This document shows, piece after piece, positions 10,520 through 20,835 of a stretch of 64,000 nucleotides of DNA. The stretch is from positions 248,001 through 312,000 of the IMG/VR virus record IMGVR_UViG_3300017963_000188; one strand, given 5' to 3'. The position numbers and the translations under genes were made by a program. Each line of letters starts with the position of its first letter. Position 1 is the stretch's first letter. The notes under the pieces are model-generated. The model had not been told where the DNA came from. It worked only from the letters and a program-made list of their open reading frames with translations, and ran no database searches.

Positions 10520-13500
10520 GTGCTATTGAATTAAATCTTTCAGGATGGGTGCTAAGAAAACCCAAGGTGGCAGAATCGAATTCTCCAAATACCTCTGCAC
10601 CTGATACACAGGAACTTTCAGGGTTCAGTCCTACGGAACGAGCTGATTATATGGTAGCAGCTCTTAACAATGGCTGGATGCATGAAATAGAGTTTGCTTG
10701 GGTAGCAAACAAGGACCGTGGTCAGTTTGGTTTTTCTGATGCAGATCAGAGATGGACACCTTTACCTGGACGTTCCCCTCTTTCGTTGGGATCATTGTCA
10801 AATACTGAAAGGTTGGTTGCAGCTCCTATCCCTACTGATACTTATCCGTATCGATTTTACATTTCAGATCCTAGCAGTTCAGATTTGACTACTTTCAATG
10901 TAGTTTCCTCTTTCACATCTCCAGCTTCTCTTGCAGCAGGGACTGTTGAGATCCATGATACTTCAGGTGAGTTGAATTTTTCTCAGGATGATGTAGATGA
11001 TTTTGAAGGGGATGCAGTTTATTATCAGACTGAAGGATTTGTGAACTATGGGGATGAGAGTAAATACCGTTTAGGGGCTTTAGAAGACCCTCTAGACGCT
11101 TATCGTCTTGCTCTTAATCCCATTCCTTCCCCTACACAGTTTCCAATCATTAGAATTGGAAATAGACTTCCTCTTACCCCTGTAGCTGTGAACACAGAGG
11201 CTAATTTTACTAGTCCTAGTGCTGGTACTGTGCAATGGGCAAAAGACAAGGGAACTTTGAATTTTAGTTCTACAGATATCACTAATTACGAAGGTGATAT
11301 GGTGTATTACTGGGGGGCTTATGATTCTTTTGATAGTCCTGGATCACCTGGATTGAGTGCTAAAACGTATAGTCTTGGTACTATTGACATTTCAAATCCC
11401 GCTAATCCTACTACTACTGGTTCTATGCCTCCTAGTGCTGTGCCTTCCAGTGGTGGAGATGTCATAATTTATTTCACTTTTGCCACAGCTTATCGTCGAG
11501 TCACAGAGACTAATATTGTGTCAAGTTTTTCTACTACGGTGAAATATGGAGAAGTAGAACTCAAAACTGATGGTACTATCAAGTTCAATTATGCTGAGGC
11601 AAGACGATATAAGATTCCTTTATCCTGGAATGTTTATGCTGTGGTCTGTGATTATGATTTGAGTAGTGAAGATGTTGGGGTGCGGTATTTCCGTAGTTTA
11701 GTCAATAAGGATGGTTCTGATTCTGATGTTACAGATCTTAATTGTCTAGTCACTGTAGAAGATCAGACTCTGATTTCAGGTCTTATTGCATCTCCTATTC
11801 AAGCATTGCCAGTATCCCCTATAGAACCACCTCTTTCAGCTCCATACAAAAACCCTTCATTTAGAATTGAGGGAAAGGGGATCACAACATTACAGGACCT
11901 CAAAACTAGTTCTAGTGCTGGTGTGGGTTTTTTGCTTGATTATGAGACAAAAGAATTGACTCTTGCTTACAGGAGGAAGTTTGATATCAGTCTTGACACA
12001 GATGCTTCATTTTACAACTTTGAGGATGTTGGGATTGTTCAGTACGGTTTTGTGTTAAGAGATGGTCCTGAGGCTGGTCCAAATACGGACATGTCAGAAG
12101 GAGATGATTATCTCTTAGAATCTAATGGTGGAGCAATATTCTTTATCAATCGATTTGGTAAGACTCTTGACACTGGAACAAAGGGTCAAGTCACATCGGC
12201 AACAACATTTAGAGATACTACGGCTGATTTCACAGGGTTTGCTGGGAAACAATTAGTGATCTTATCAGGTCCAAATAAGGCTTCCTACCTTATTGATTCA
12301 ATTACTAGTAGTGTTGAATTAGAAATCGAAAGTAGTATTCCATTTCCTTCTACAGGTACTCGTATCGCTTATGAGATATGGGATGAACCAGAGATATTGG
12401 GAGATAGAGTCTGGGAAGAGCTTCAATTGCCTGAAGATTATTTCAAGTTGAAGAAACTTTTTCCTATTGGCACAATATCAAATAGTCCTAGAAGAACAAT
12501 TCCTATTGTAGACATTTCAGCTCGTGTTGAATTTCAGCTAGATGCTGATACTATTGATATTTCCTGGGTTGAAACAAATGGTGATTTTGGAACTCCCAGT
12601 GCTGGTACTGCTGAAGTCTCAAAAGAAACTGGGGATGTAAATTTCTCAGCAGCAGACCTCACTACTTATAGTGGTCAGACAGTATGGATCTCATGGTGGT
12701 TATATCCTTCAGATTACATGGTAAATTCTGGTAATGGAGGTATATATCTCAACACACCTCTATTGAATTGGGAAAGACTGAAGGCTTTTTACTACACAGA
12801 AGAGGGTGGCGATTTACAAGAGGAACACCTTGTAGTTCGTATTTGGGATGAGATTTGTGTGATCACCCCTGGTTCTGTGGATGTGCCATTTAATCCTGAT
12901 GATCGAGAAACAGATTCCAGTTTTGGCATTTTGGTGTACCGAGGTGATGTTACCAGTGGTGTTGGGAGATTCTACAAGTTATCTGATACTGAAACCAGTG
13001 AAAAAGTATCTGTTGATTGGGATACGAATACCCTAACATTCATAGATCCTTTGGCAGGAGATGATGAAGTCACTGTAGAATACTATATCATTGATCCTGT
13101 TGGGGGTGAAAAGTCATTCACTTTATCTACCTACCCAATATTTTTCCCAAGCTATGATTTCGAGGTAGGTACAAATGAATTCATAGCCTGGGGAGATGTG
13201 TCTTCAGTTTTTGTAGCAGATCAGTTTGTGTTTCTGGGTGGGAACGACATTTATAGAGTTTCAAGCTCATCATATGCATCAGGTAAGACCACAGTGACTT
13301 TGGCTTCTTATCTTCGTAAAACATACAAAGTACCAACATTTTTGGTATCAAGCCAACCCCTGGATTCAAATTACTTTGAGCCTGTAACTGAGCGTTTTGA
13401 GAAAACTCAGAAAGGAAGCTATGCTCTAAATTTCAAAACTATTGTGACTGGTATCAGTGTTGGTACTATCCTGACTCTGGGTGGCGATGACTATTTGGTT

Positions 13501-16500
13501 TTGGGTGTAGCTATTGAAGATAACCGTACTGTAGTTCAAGTTGGTTCCAAGTTCCCTTCAGAATATTACTACACACCAGGAGCTTTGGAGCGATCTATCC
13601 GACCTGTGTTTCCAGATCAGACAACAGAATTTGTGACAAGTCTCCCATTGGTTACCACAGAGCCATTTACTCTTCGTCTCAGGAATAAAAATGCCGGTAC
13701 TGTTGAGGAACTAGTTTTGGATACTGATTTGAGTGTATCTGAATCAGGTGCCCTTTTACTACTAACCAAGGCATTAGGTTCCAATGATATTCTTGAATTC
13801 AATTACGCTGGTAGAGAAACGTATGATGAAGACCATGAATTCTCAGGAGAGTATATTTACAGATATGTGCCTGATGATTCAAATCAGTTCTTGGGGGCTT
13901 CTATTATTGCCTCTTATACCGTCTATAACCCAGATACACTGTATTTCAGGGTAGAGCCTTTCAATACCATTGCTCTTGAAGTTTCATCTGCCCTGGGGGA
14001 AGCTGCGGCTTCTCAAGCACCTTCTTCAGGTCCTCCTGGCCCACCACCCCCACCACCAGCTCTAAATGAGAAAGGGAAGAGCACTTTCTACTGGGATTAT
14101 GGTGATACTGTAGACAGTGATGCCGTGGCAAGAAGGTATTTGTTATATTACAATGATGTCTGCAATTTGATAGAAGACCTTTTGGCATATTTTGATGGTA
14201 GAGTTGTGGGGGATATTCACGGGAAGTTCCTTTTTACAGACAGTCTTTACACAACTCCTGTTGAACCAAGTGCTGCTGTGAATCATATCGATAGCATTAT
14301 CTATATTTCACCAGCTTGGCCTGCATTCCCATCCCCTCCTTTCCCACCTGGATTCCCACCACGTCGTTCACAGGCAATGTGGAAGGGTTCAAGATATAGT
14401 CGTCTATATCCTGAATATGGTAAATTCTTTGGTGCTAGCTCTCCTACAGAAGGGGCTGGTCCTGGTTATTCATTCCCTGATGAATTTTTGAAAGAGATTT
14501 ATGAAATTGGTCGTGAGAATTTAGCAAGTATTTCAGGTGTGAAAGACCGTCCAGCTCGAACCAAACTTCTCAATTCAATAGCTTCAGGAGAAAGTTCAGC
14601 TACATTAGAAGTAGAGAGTGCTTCTGAAGATGGTGAGGAATTCATGGTTCCTGGGTTTGCTGTTGATGATGAGGTGATGATAGGACGTACCTCAAATCCA
14701 TATCTTGTGGCTGGGATAGTTACAGCAGTAGATACAGGGTCCACTCCGAATACAATCACTGTTGATTTCGTTTCATATAGCCTTACCCCCACATTACCAC
14801 CCCCCAGTGGTACTACATGCCCTGCTCTTTTACCTAATGACACGGTATATCATAATCCATTTTGGTGGGAAGATGATGGTGGCGGGAACCCAATTGGTCA
14901 TTTCCAAACATATAAGACAGGGCTTGATTTTGCAGTGGATATGAAAGCTGGGAATCTTATCAATATGGGGTTCCCATTCCCACTTCCAGGTCAGACTCCA
15001 ATTCAACCATTGTCTTACCTAGAAGGTAAGATTAGTTACGGCAATGCCCTTACAGAACCATACCGATTCCCAGCTTTGGATGGGCAAGTATACAATGATT
15101 GGAATGACAGAGAAATTCCATTCAAGATCAATGCAACAGCAAACTTTGATTTTGTATTTGAGGGTGAAGAAGATCTTATAGATGCTATTACGGCAAATAC
15201 TCTTGAGGGTGTTCGAGATACTGATGGTGATATTTTGTCAGATCGTCAGACTTTTGAGGGAGATATTGCTGGATACAATCTTGAAGTTAATGATGAGCTG
15301 ATTCTTCTTACAGGTTCAAATACAGGTCGTTATCTTATCACATCTTTTCCAACTTCTGTGCAAGCTAAGGTAGCAGCATTTAAACATCGTCAAGATGGTA
15401 CTGTTGATTATGAGATCTGGGATTCTACTGAAACAACTCTTAGGACCAGTGGGACTACAGCTAATATCCAAACTGACCTTCTGACACTTCAAGACACGGG
15501 TAAAAATTTCCCCGTAGCTGGAGTTATTGTTGGGGATAAACTTATCGTTAATTCAACTTCTGGGTACTACAATAACGGGACATATTGGATACAGACGGTT
15601 GCTACTACCACAGTTTCGGTGCGAGCCTTTAGTACCTCAGAGACTGGTGTTTCATTCGATATCAAACGAGGTACAAGCACTACTGGTCGGGCTTCTGGTG
15701 ATACAGGGTATTTTGACACCACTACGGTTTTCATTGATCCTAATGCTACATGGGAAACAGATGAATTGGTGAAGGGAGATACTCTGGTAATCCCTGAAGG
15801 GAAGAATCGGGGGAACTGGAGAATCAATAGTATTGATAGTGAAACTCAAATGACTCTTCAGGATGCTGTCCGAGTTGCTGAGGATGGGACAGGTGGTAGT
15901 CTAACTGACACAGGGGCAAATGATCGTCTTGATGTTTCTGGCACAGTATTTCAAAGTAGTGATGTGGGTCGTAAAATAACCATCACAGGTACTTCTAACG
16001 GAAATGATGGGACATATACTATTCTATCTTTTATTGATAGCAACAGTATCACAATTAGTGGAAGTTTCCCAGGGACCCTCCCTGATACAGGGAATTGGGC
16101 TCTATGCGTTGATTACAAAGTTGATGATGTGAGACGTGAATCTCAATATATAGCAGATTGGAGAACAAAACTTCTAGAAGAACAGTCTGAACTTCAAGAT
16201 GTTACTTTCCAAGGTATTTTGGATGACCTTTTTGATACTCTATATGATACATCAGCCTTTGTTTCTGGGACTTCCGGTGCGGTGACTGGGGCTCAAACTT
16301 TCCAAGACACTTCAAAAGATTTTGAAGTTCTAGGTGTAGTGAAGGGAGATATTCTAGAAATATCTTCAGGTGTAAATGCTGGTATGTGGTGGGTAGAAGA
16401 AGTCAGTGGAGATACCATTACTATTCCAAGTACAGATGCTTTTCCAAGTACAGATACTGGTCTATCGTATGATGTCTGGCAAGGAAATACTCGATTTTCA

Positions 16501-16863
16501 GAGGATATGCGTAGAACTCTTATGGACTTTTTGAACCTTATCAATGGGGCTCTTAATGACATCACTGCTACTCTGCCATACTCTCAAATCGATACCAACC
16601 CTGATTATGGAGATCCCACAGACACGTTTTTAGGTAATCGTCAGGATGATGTCCAAGATTTCAGAACAGAACTTGCTGAATTCCCAGAGAGATTTGAGAC
16701 AGCTTTACAATATATAGATAAATTGTATGACAAGAGATTTTCTTGGATTGATTATAGAGTAAATCTAGAACAAGGGACTTTACCCACCAAAGAACGGTTA
16801 TTGAATGAAAAAGAGAAGAATGAACGGGATTTAATTAAGAAATTATTAATGGTCCAGGGGTAG
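10516..16863 (+). CDS. Very large baseplate-associated virion protein with two classes of internal repeats
   Basis: 2115 aa, acidic and beta-rich. Repeat A: FxSPxAGTV...GxLNFS. Repeat B: F...GD.L.I..G.N.G.Y.I. Also Pro-rich linkers and a helical C-terminus. Function inferred from position in the baseplate module. Confidence 0.6.
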   Translation: MSAIELNLSGWVLRKPKVAESNSPNTSAPDTQELSGFSPTERADYMVAALNNGWMHEIEFAWVANKDRGQFGFSDADQRWTPLPGRSPLSLGSLSNTERLVAAPIPTDTYPYRFYISDPSSSDLTTFNVVSSFTSPASLAAGTVEIHDTSGELNFSQDDVDDFEGDAVYYQTEGFVNYGDESKYRLGALEDPLDAYRLALNPIPSPTQFPIIRIGNRLPLTPVAVNTEANFTSPSAGTVQWAKDKGTLNFSSTDITNYEGDMVYYWGAYDSFDSPGSPGLSAKTYSLGTIDISNPANPTTTGSMPPSAVPSSGGDVIIYFTFATAYRRVTETNIVSSFSTTVKYGEVELKTDGTIKFNYAEARRYKIPLSWNVYAVVCDYDLSSEDVGVRYFRSLVNKDGSDSDVTDLNCLVTVEDQTLISGLIASPIQALPVSPIEPPLSAPYKNPSFRIEGKGITTLQDLKTSSSAGVGFLLDYETKELTLAYRRKFDISLDTDASFYNFEDVGIVQYGFVLRDGPEAGPNTDMSEGDDYLLESNGGAIFFINRFGKTLDTGTKGQVTSATTFRDTTADFTGFAGKQLVILSGPNKASYLIDSITSSVELEIESSIPFPSTGTRIAYEIWDEPEILGDRVWEELQLPEDYFKLKKLFPIGTISNSPRRTIPIVDISARVEFQLDADTIDISWVETNGDFGTPSAGTAEVSKETGDVNFSAADLTTYSGQTVWISWWLYPSDYMVNSGNGGIYLNTPLLNWERLKAFYYTEEGGDLQEEHLVVRIWDEICVITPGSVDVPFNPDDRETDSSFGILVYRGDVTSGVGRFYKLSDTETSEKVSVDWDTNTLTFIDPLAGDDEVTVEYYIIDPVGGEKSFTLSTYPIFFPSYDFEVGTNEFIAWGDVSSVFVADQFVFLGGNDIYRVSSSSYASGKTTVTLASYLRKTYKVPTFLVSSQPLDSNYFEPVTERFEKTQKGSYALNFKTIVTGISVGTILTLGGDDYLVLGVAIEDNRTVVQVGSKFPSEYYYTPGALERSIRPVFPDQTTEFVTSLPLVTTEPFTLRLRNKNAGTVEELVLDTDLSVSESGALLLLTKALGSNDILEFNYAGRETYDEDHEFSGEYIYRYVPDDSNQFLGASIIASYTVYNPDTLYFRVEPFNTIALEVSSALGEAAASQAPSSGPPGPPPPPPALNEKGKSTFYWDYGDTVDSDAVARRYLLYYNDVCNLIEDLLAYFDGRVVGDIHGKFLFTDSLYTTPVEPSAAVNHIDSIIYISPAWPAFPSPPFPPGFPPRRSQAMWKGSRYSRLYPEYGKFFGASSPTEGAGPGYSFPDEFLKEIYEIGRENLASISGVKDRPARTKLLNSIASGESSATLEVESASEDGEEFMVPGFAVDDEVMIGRTSNPYLVAGIVTAVDTGSTPNTITVDFVSYSLTPTLPPPSGTTCPALLPNDTVYHNPFWWEDDGGGNPIGHFQTYKTGLDFAVDMKAGNLINMGFPFPLPGQTPIQPLSYLEGKISYGNALTEPYRFPALDGQVYNDWNDREIPFKINATANFDFVFEGEEDLIDAITANTLEGVRDTDGDILSDRQTFEGDIAGYNLEVNDELILLTGSNTGRYLITSFPTSVQAKVAAFKHRQDGTVDYEIWDSTETTLRTSGTTANIQTDLLTLQDTGKNFPVAGVIVGDKLIVNSTSGYYNNGTYWIQTVATTTVSVRAFSTSETGVSFDIKRGTSTTGRASGDTGYFDTTTVFIDPNATWETDELVKGDTLVIPEGKNRGNWRINSIDSETQMTLQDAVRVAEDGTGGSLTDTGANDRLDVSGTVFQSSDVGRKITITGTSNGNDGTYTILSFIDSNSITISGSFPGTLPDTGNWALCVDYKVDDVRRESQYIADWRTKLLEEQSELQDVTFQGILDDLFDTLYDTSAFVSGTSGAVTGAQTFQDTSKDFEVLGVVKGDILEISSGVNAGMWWVEEVSGDTITIPSTDAFPSTDTGLSYDVWQGNTRFSEDMRRTLMDFLNLINGALNDITATLPYSQIDTNPDYGDPTDTFLGNRQDDVQDFRTELAEFPERFETALQYIDKLYDKRFSWIDYRVNLEQGTLPTKERLLNEKEKNERDLIKKLLMVQG

Positions 16864-16875
16864 TAGAGGTGATTC

Positions 16876-17082
16876 ATGAATGAACAGGAAGAGAACATTG
16901 CTGAAGAGGTAGAAGAACCAAAGAAGGAGCCTTTCAAGTGGAAGCATAACAATGACATTATGCAGAATATGGCTAGTAAGTTCATAGGTCCTTTGGGAAT
17001 GCTCAAAGATGCTTTGGTAGAGGAAAGAAACAAGCTAGTAAAGAATCGTAACGAATGCAGGAAGCGTAATTTAAATGGCTGA
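16876..17082 (+). CDS. Small hypothetical protein
   Basis: 68 aa, SD GAGGTG upstream, overlaps the next start. Confidence 0.6.
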   Translation: MNEQEENIAEEVEEPKKEPFKWKHNNDIMQNMASKFIGPLGMLKDALVEERNKLVKNRNECRKRNLNG

Positions 17083-18934
17083 GTGGAAAAGCACATTAAA
17101 CTTGATGCCCGAGGTTGTGCTCGAATCGGCAGATCAAGTATCAAAGGTTCTGAAGAAATTTAGAACCGTGCTCAATATCATTCTGACAATATTAGAGACT
17201 GCCAAGATGTTCCTTATTGACCTTGGAAATCCTTTAAAGGTCATTCTGGAAGGTATTGTGGAGTTTATTGTTGGTATTTTGAATGATTTGAATCAGAGTG
17301 TTGGTATCTATATATTGTTGGTAGGACCTGTTATTCAAGGTCAAAAATTTCTTGATATCAAAGGTGGTATAGCCAATTTCAATCAGAAGTTTGCAGCAGC
17401 TCTTTATGATTCAGCAGATGGTAACCGACCACAATTCACAGATACCTCTGAGGTGCATTCTTTCGTTATAGTTCTAGATTCTGGTAATCTTGCTGGTATT
17501 GTTGAGCAGTTTGTTAAGTTGATAATAGCGATTGGGGAGAGTATCACTCAAAACCTCCCACCCCCAGACAATGTTCGAGCTACCCCTATTGACAAGGATG
17601 ATGGGTTATTAGTGAGTAACCTATCAGTAATGAAACGAGAGGCTGTTGGAGTCCAGATTGATTGGACTCTTGGTGGTGCTGGGGGTACAAATATAGCTGA
17701 TTCGTTTGTACCTTCAAAATGGAGGATTGAACGGTCTAAGACTAGGGCTGGAGAACCTTTTCTGATTGATGAGGAGGTTTACAATGCGGCTGGAGAGAAG
17801 ACCACTATAAAGAAACATGTCTTTGATACCTTTGGTCGTCCCGTATATATTTGGGAGCATGTAGAAGATATCACAGCTAGTGATGCTACGTTCTGGGGTG
17901 GTGTATTTGCTGGGTCTTATACCTACAAAGACAAAACAGTAAATCCAGGGGAAACTTGGTTTTATCGTATCAGGTCAATGATTGGGGACCCTCCCACTAC
18001 GGTTAGTGAAAGTGATGTTAAGGATGGTGTTCTGACTACAAAGGGTCTTCTTGGGACTCCTTGTTCCCCTGTTGAGGTTTACGTGCCAAAGAAAGCAGAT
18101 GGTATGGGAGCTACTGATGATCCAGTAGCTGCTTTAAGTGATACCATTTATGCTGCTCTTATATTGGGATTCCATGTCCCATATAAAGGGACTCCAGCAT
18201 TTCCTGGTCATGGTAGTTTGTATAAGTCCTATCCATGGGTATATCAATATCTGTCAGCACCTGTTGGTATGTACTTTTATGAACTTCGTCTACTCTATGC
18301 TATAAAGTTGGCTGATGTGATTGCAATGTCAATCACCAGATCAAAAGAAATGTTTCAGAGTTTTTGGGATACATACCAAGATAAAAAAGGTTCTGTGAAG
18401 ACAGTCCTAAATTATCAGGGTTCCACTGTTTCTCATCCTTATTTATCTGAAGCTTCTTCATTAGATACATTACAGAATGATGTCTATGCTATAATCATTT
18501 CATTCATGGGAGCCCTAGCTACCAGAGGAGACCCACCCAACTGGATAGCATTCAGAGTGTCCAATCTGATTCCTGCCCCTGTATTTGGTGTAATTCGTAA
18601 GATAGAGGCTGAGATTCGAGGTCTTCTCGAAGCTTATGAAGGTATTGTGAAGGATATCATTTCTTTCATAGAACTGTTAGAGGCTAGGATTGTAGCATTG
18701 AATGACCTTATAGGCTTTGTTGAAGAGATAATTGAAGTTCTGAAGAACTTAACATTCCCTTCTGCGAGTACAGTTTTGGTTCATGGTTCAGGTCTTGGTG
18801 GTATGTTAAATGAGTATCTTGCAGCAACGGGTGGGCCAGAACCTAACGATGATAATTATACCGTAGGTGCTGTGCTGTTGTTTGCAATTCCAGGTCTTGC
18901 ACCTCTTTTTGAATTATTGCAAGGAGGGGATTGA
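17075..18934 (+). CDS. Virion-associated protein with a central fibronectin type III-like domain
   Basis: 619 aa. Amphipathic helical N- and C-termini. Central PPPDNVRATP...VQIDWT...YTYKDKTVNPGETWFYRIRS matches the FN3 pattern. Confidence 0.55.
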   Translation: MAEWKSTLNLMPEVVLESADQVSKVLKKFRTVLNIILTILETAKMFLIDLGNPLKVILEGIVEFIVGILNDLNQSVGIYILLVGPVIQGQKFLDIKGGIANFNQKFAAALYDSADGNRPQFTDTSEVHSFVIVLDSGNLAGIVEQFVKLIIAIGESITQNLPPPDNVRATPIDKDDGLLVSNLSVMKREAVGVQIDWTLGGAGGTNIADSFVPSKWRIERSKTRAGEPFLIDEEVYNAAGEKTTIKKHVFDTFGRPVYIWEHVEDITASDATFWGGVFAGSYTYKDKTVNPGETWFYRIRSMIGDPPTTVSESDVKDGVLTTKGLLGTPCSPVEVYVPKKADGMGATDDPVAALSDTIYAALILGFHVPYKGTPAFPGHGSLYKSYPWVYQYLSAPVGMYFYELRLLYAIKLADVIAMSITRSKEMFQSFWDTYQDKKGSVKTVLNYQGSTVSHPYLSEASSLDTLQNDVYAIIISFMGALATRGDPPNWIAFRVSNLIPAPVFGVIRKIEAEIRGLLEAYEGIVKDIISFIELLEARIVALNDLIGFVEEIIEVLKNLTFPSASTVLVHGSGLGGMLNEYLAATGGPEPNDDNYTVGAVLLFAIPGLAPLFELLQGGD

Positions 18935-18935
18935 T

Positions 18936-19760
18936 ATGGCTTTTGATTTTCTAGGTACATTTACATCTGGTCAATATATGCGACTAGAGGAATTCCTTGA
19001 ACTTCAACAAGGAGACATACAAGGTCGCATAAATTATCTTCAAGGTGAAATTCGTCGCACAGGTGTCTTAGTGGTTACTTTTGATATCAACACTGGATAT
19101 ATAGAATCTATAGAAGCTAGTCCTGACAAGAGTCTCATAGGGAAATTGTTTTCAGCTTACATTCTTCAGGGAGGTGAGCCTGAAAAAGAACTACCAATAC
19201 GATCTTTTAATGATCCTATATATTTACCACAGGGATCTGCTCAGGCAATGCCAACAGAATTCAGTAATAAGAGACAGATTCGAGAATCATATAGATATGA
19301 TTCTTATATGTCTTTAATTATTCATTCTTTAAAGGAATGGGTATTGGAGAGCATAAAGTTCAAAAGAGAAGATTTAGAGTTCAAAATGAAGAAGTTAATG
19401 GATTGGTCAGATCAGTGTGCATTTGAAGCGATCACATTAGGTGTTGTTGGAGATATCAAGGTAGAAGAGCAGAGTGAGGAAGAAATAGATAAGAAGGTTC
19501 CAGATGGAGCCCAGGATTATTATATGGAGAAATATGCTCAGATAGCTCAGGCTGAATCAGAAGATCCAATGAAGAAAATGGTGGTTCTGTCATCCTTGAC
19601 TGCAATGATAGAAGAGGCCAATACAGAAGTTTATTCTGGAGACCATGGTAGTGTAACGATAGAAGATGGTGATGTATTTGGGTTGACGGCTGGTAAGATT
19701 AGGAAGACCATGGAATCTGATAAGGATGTAGAGGATGATATCCCAATAGTAGGTGCATAA
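18936..19760 (+). CDS. Hypothetical baseplate-region protein
   Basis: Track ORF starts at 18867, but ATG 18936 (MAFDFLG) follows SD GGAGGGG and the previous stop, so it is the likely start. Confidence 0.6.
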   Translation: MAFDFLGTFTSGQYMRLEEFLELQQGDIQGRINYLQGEIRRTGVLVVTFDINTGYIESIEASPDKSLIGKLFSAYILQGGEPEKELPIRSFNDPIYLPQGSAQAMPTEFSNKRQIRESYRYDSYMSLIIHSLKEWVLESIKFKREDLEFKMKKLMDWSDQCAFEAITLGVVGDIKVEEQSEEEIDKKVPDGAQDYYMEKYAQIAQAESEDPMKKMVVLSSLTAMIEEANTEVYSGDHGSVTIEDGDVFGLTAGKIRKTMESDKDVEDDIPIVGA

Positions 19761-20833
19761 TGAGTTATGATTTCAGATTAGATGCTATTTGCCCACACCA
19801 GGTTGTGTTTGAGGAACTTGGTCTTGTGGACTATCAGTATCTTCATCCTATTAGTCCTATATCTACATCGAAAGTAAAGGTGTTTGTAAATGAAATGGAA
19901 GTGCCTAAAGAAGGTCTCCATTCTAGGGCACATTCATTTTTCACCCATACCGGATTTTCATCTATTGTGTCTGGCACTAATGATGTAATCAAATTGGCTG
20001 TAGATTCTGGGTCTGAGCAAACAATTATTCTTGAATCTGGGGTGTTGACAATAGAACAAATAGCTCAAGATTTGAAAAACAAAGTTAGTAATGTAGATAT
20101 AGAGGTGAGTAAAGGTTATTTGAGTATTACTTCAAAAACATATGGTTCAGGGTCAAAACTTATATGGGGGGATGGAACAGCACATTCAACTTTGGGTGTG
20201 CCTGTTGATAGAATTTATACAGGTAAAGAATTGTATCCTGGATGGGACTTAGTTGTTGATGAGAACTCTGTAGGGTTACGAATGGTGTCATTCAATAGTC
20301 CTTTCATGAGTTCAGATAATATCATTGAGATGACATATTTCACTTCATCTCAATATTGTCGTCGATGCCAGGGTTTGAAAATTGAAAATGACTTCAGGTT
20401 TGATACTCTGGGAAGAAAAATTAAGGTCAGAGATGAGAATCTACTACAACAAGAAATAAACAAGATTCTTCTTACCATCAAAAAATCAAATCTTTTCCAT
20501 CCTTGGTACGGAACAAGATTGAGTTCTTTGCCTGGATCTAAGTATATTGATTTTATAAAATCTGAGATTCTATCTGAAGTAAAAAGTGCTTTGGATAATA
20601 TGCGAGATATAAAGTTGCAGCAGGCTCGGTTGCAAGAAGTGACTCCTGGGGAATTTCCAGAATCGTTATCTGTGACAAAGTTTTCACAGCCTGATAATGA
20701 CCCTACAATACTAGATCTAGAAATAGATGTTTTGAGTAGGCAGGGAAGGAAAGTAACAATCAATCAGTTGATACGACTACCCAAACCTGAAGTGATTAAT
20801 CAATTACCTCAAGGTTTTTCTAGAAGAGGTTAG
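19760..20833 (+). CDS. Baseplate wedge / sheath initiator, gp25 (GPW)-like, with N-terminal extension
   Basis: 357 aa. C-terminal LLQQEINKILLTIKKSNLFHPWYGTRL...ILDLEIDVLS is gp25-like. Precedes the baseplate J-like gene. Confidence 0.7.
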   Translation: MSYDFRLDAICPHQVVFEELGLVDYQYLHPISPISTSKVKVFVNEMEVPKEGLHSRAHSFFTHTGFSSIVSGTNDVIKLAVDSGSEQTIILESGVLTIEQIAQDLKNKVSNVDIEVSKGYLSITSKTYGSGSKLIWGDGTAHSTLGVPVDRIYTGKELYPGWDLVVDENSVGLRMVSFNSPFMSSDNIIEMTYFTSSQYCRRCQGLKIENDFRFDTLGRKIKVRDENLLQQEINKILLTIKKSNLFHPWYGTRLSSLPGSKYIDFIKSEILSEVKSALDNMRDIKLQQARLQEVTPGEFPESLSVTKFSQPDNDPTILDLEIDVLSRQGRKVTINQLIRLPKPEVINQLPQGFSRRG

Positions 20834-20835
20834 AT

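Noticed and set aside
16855-16880. Stop-codon readthrough or recoding joining the 2115-aa ORF to the in-frame 68-aa ORF
   Set aside because: Three in-frame stops (TAG TAG AGG TGA) intervene, and the downstream ORF has its own GAGGTG SD. All three stop codons terminate genes normally in this window, so there is no sign of an alternative genetic code.
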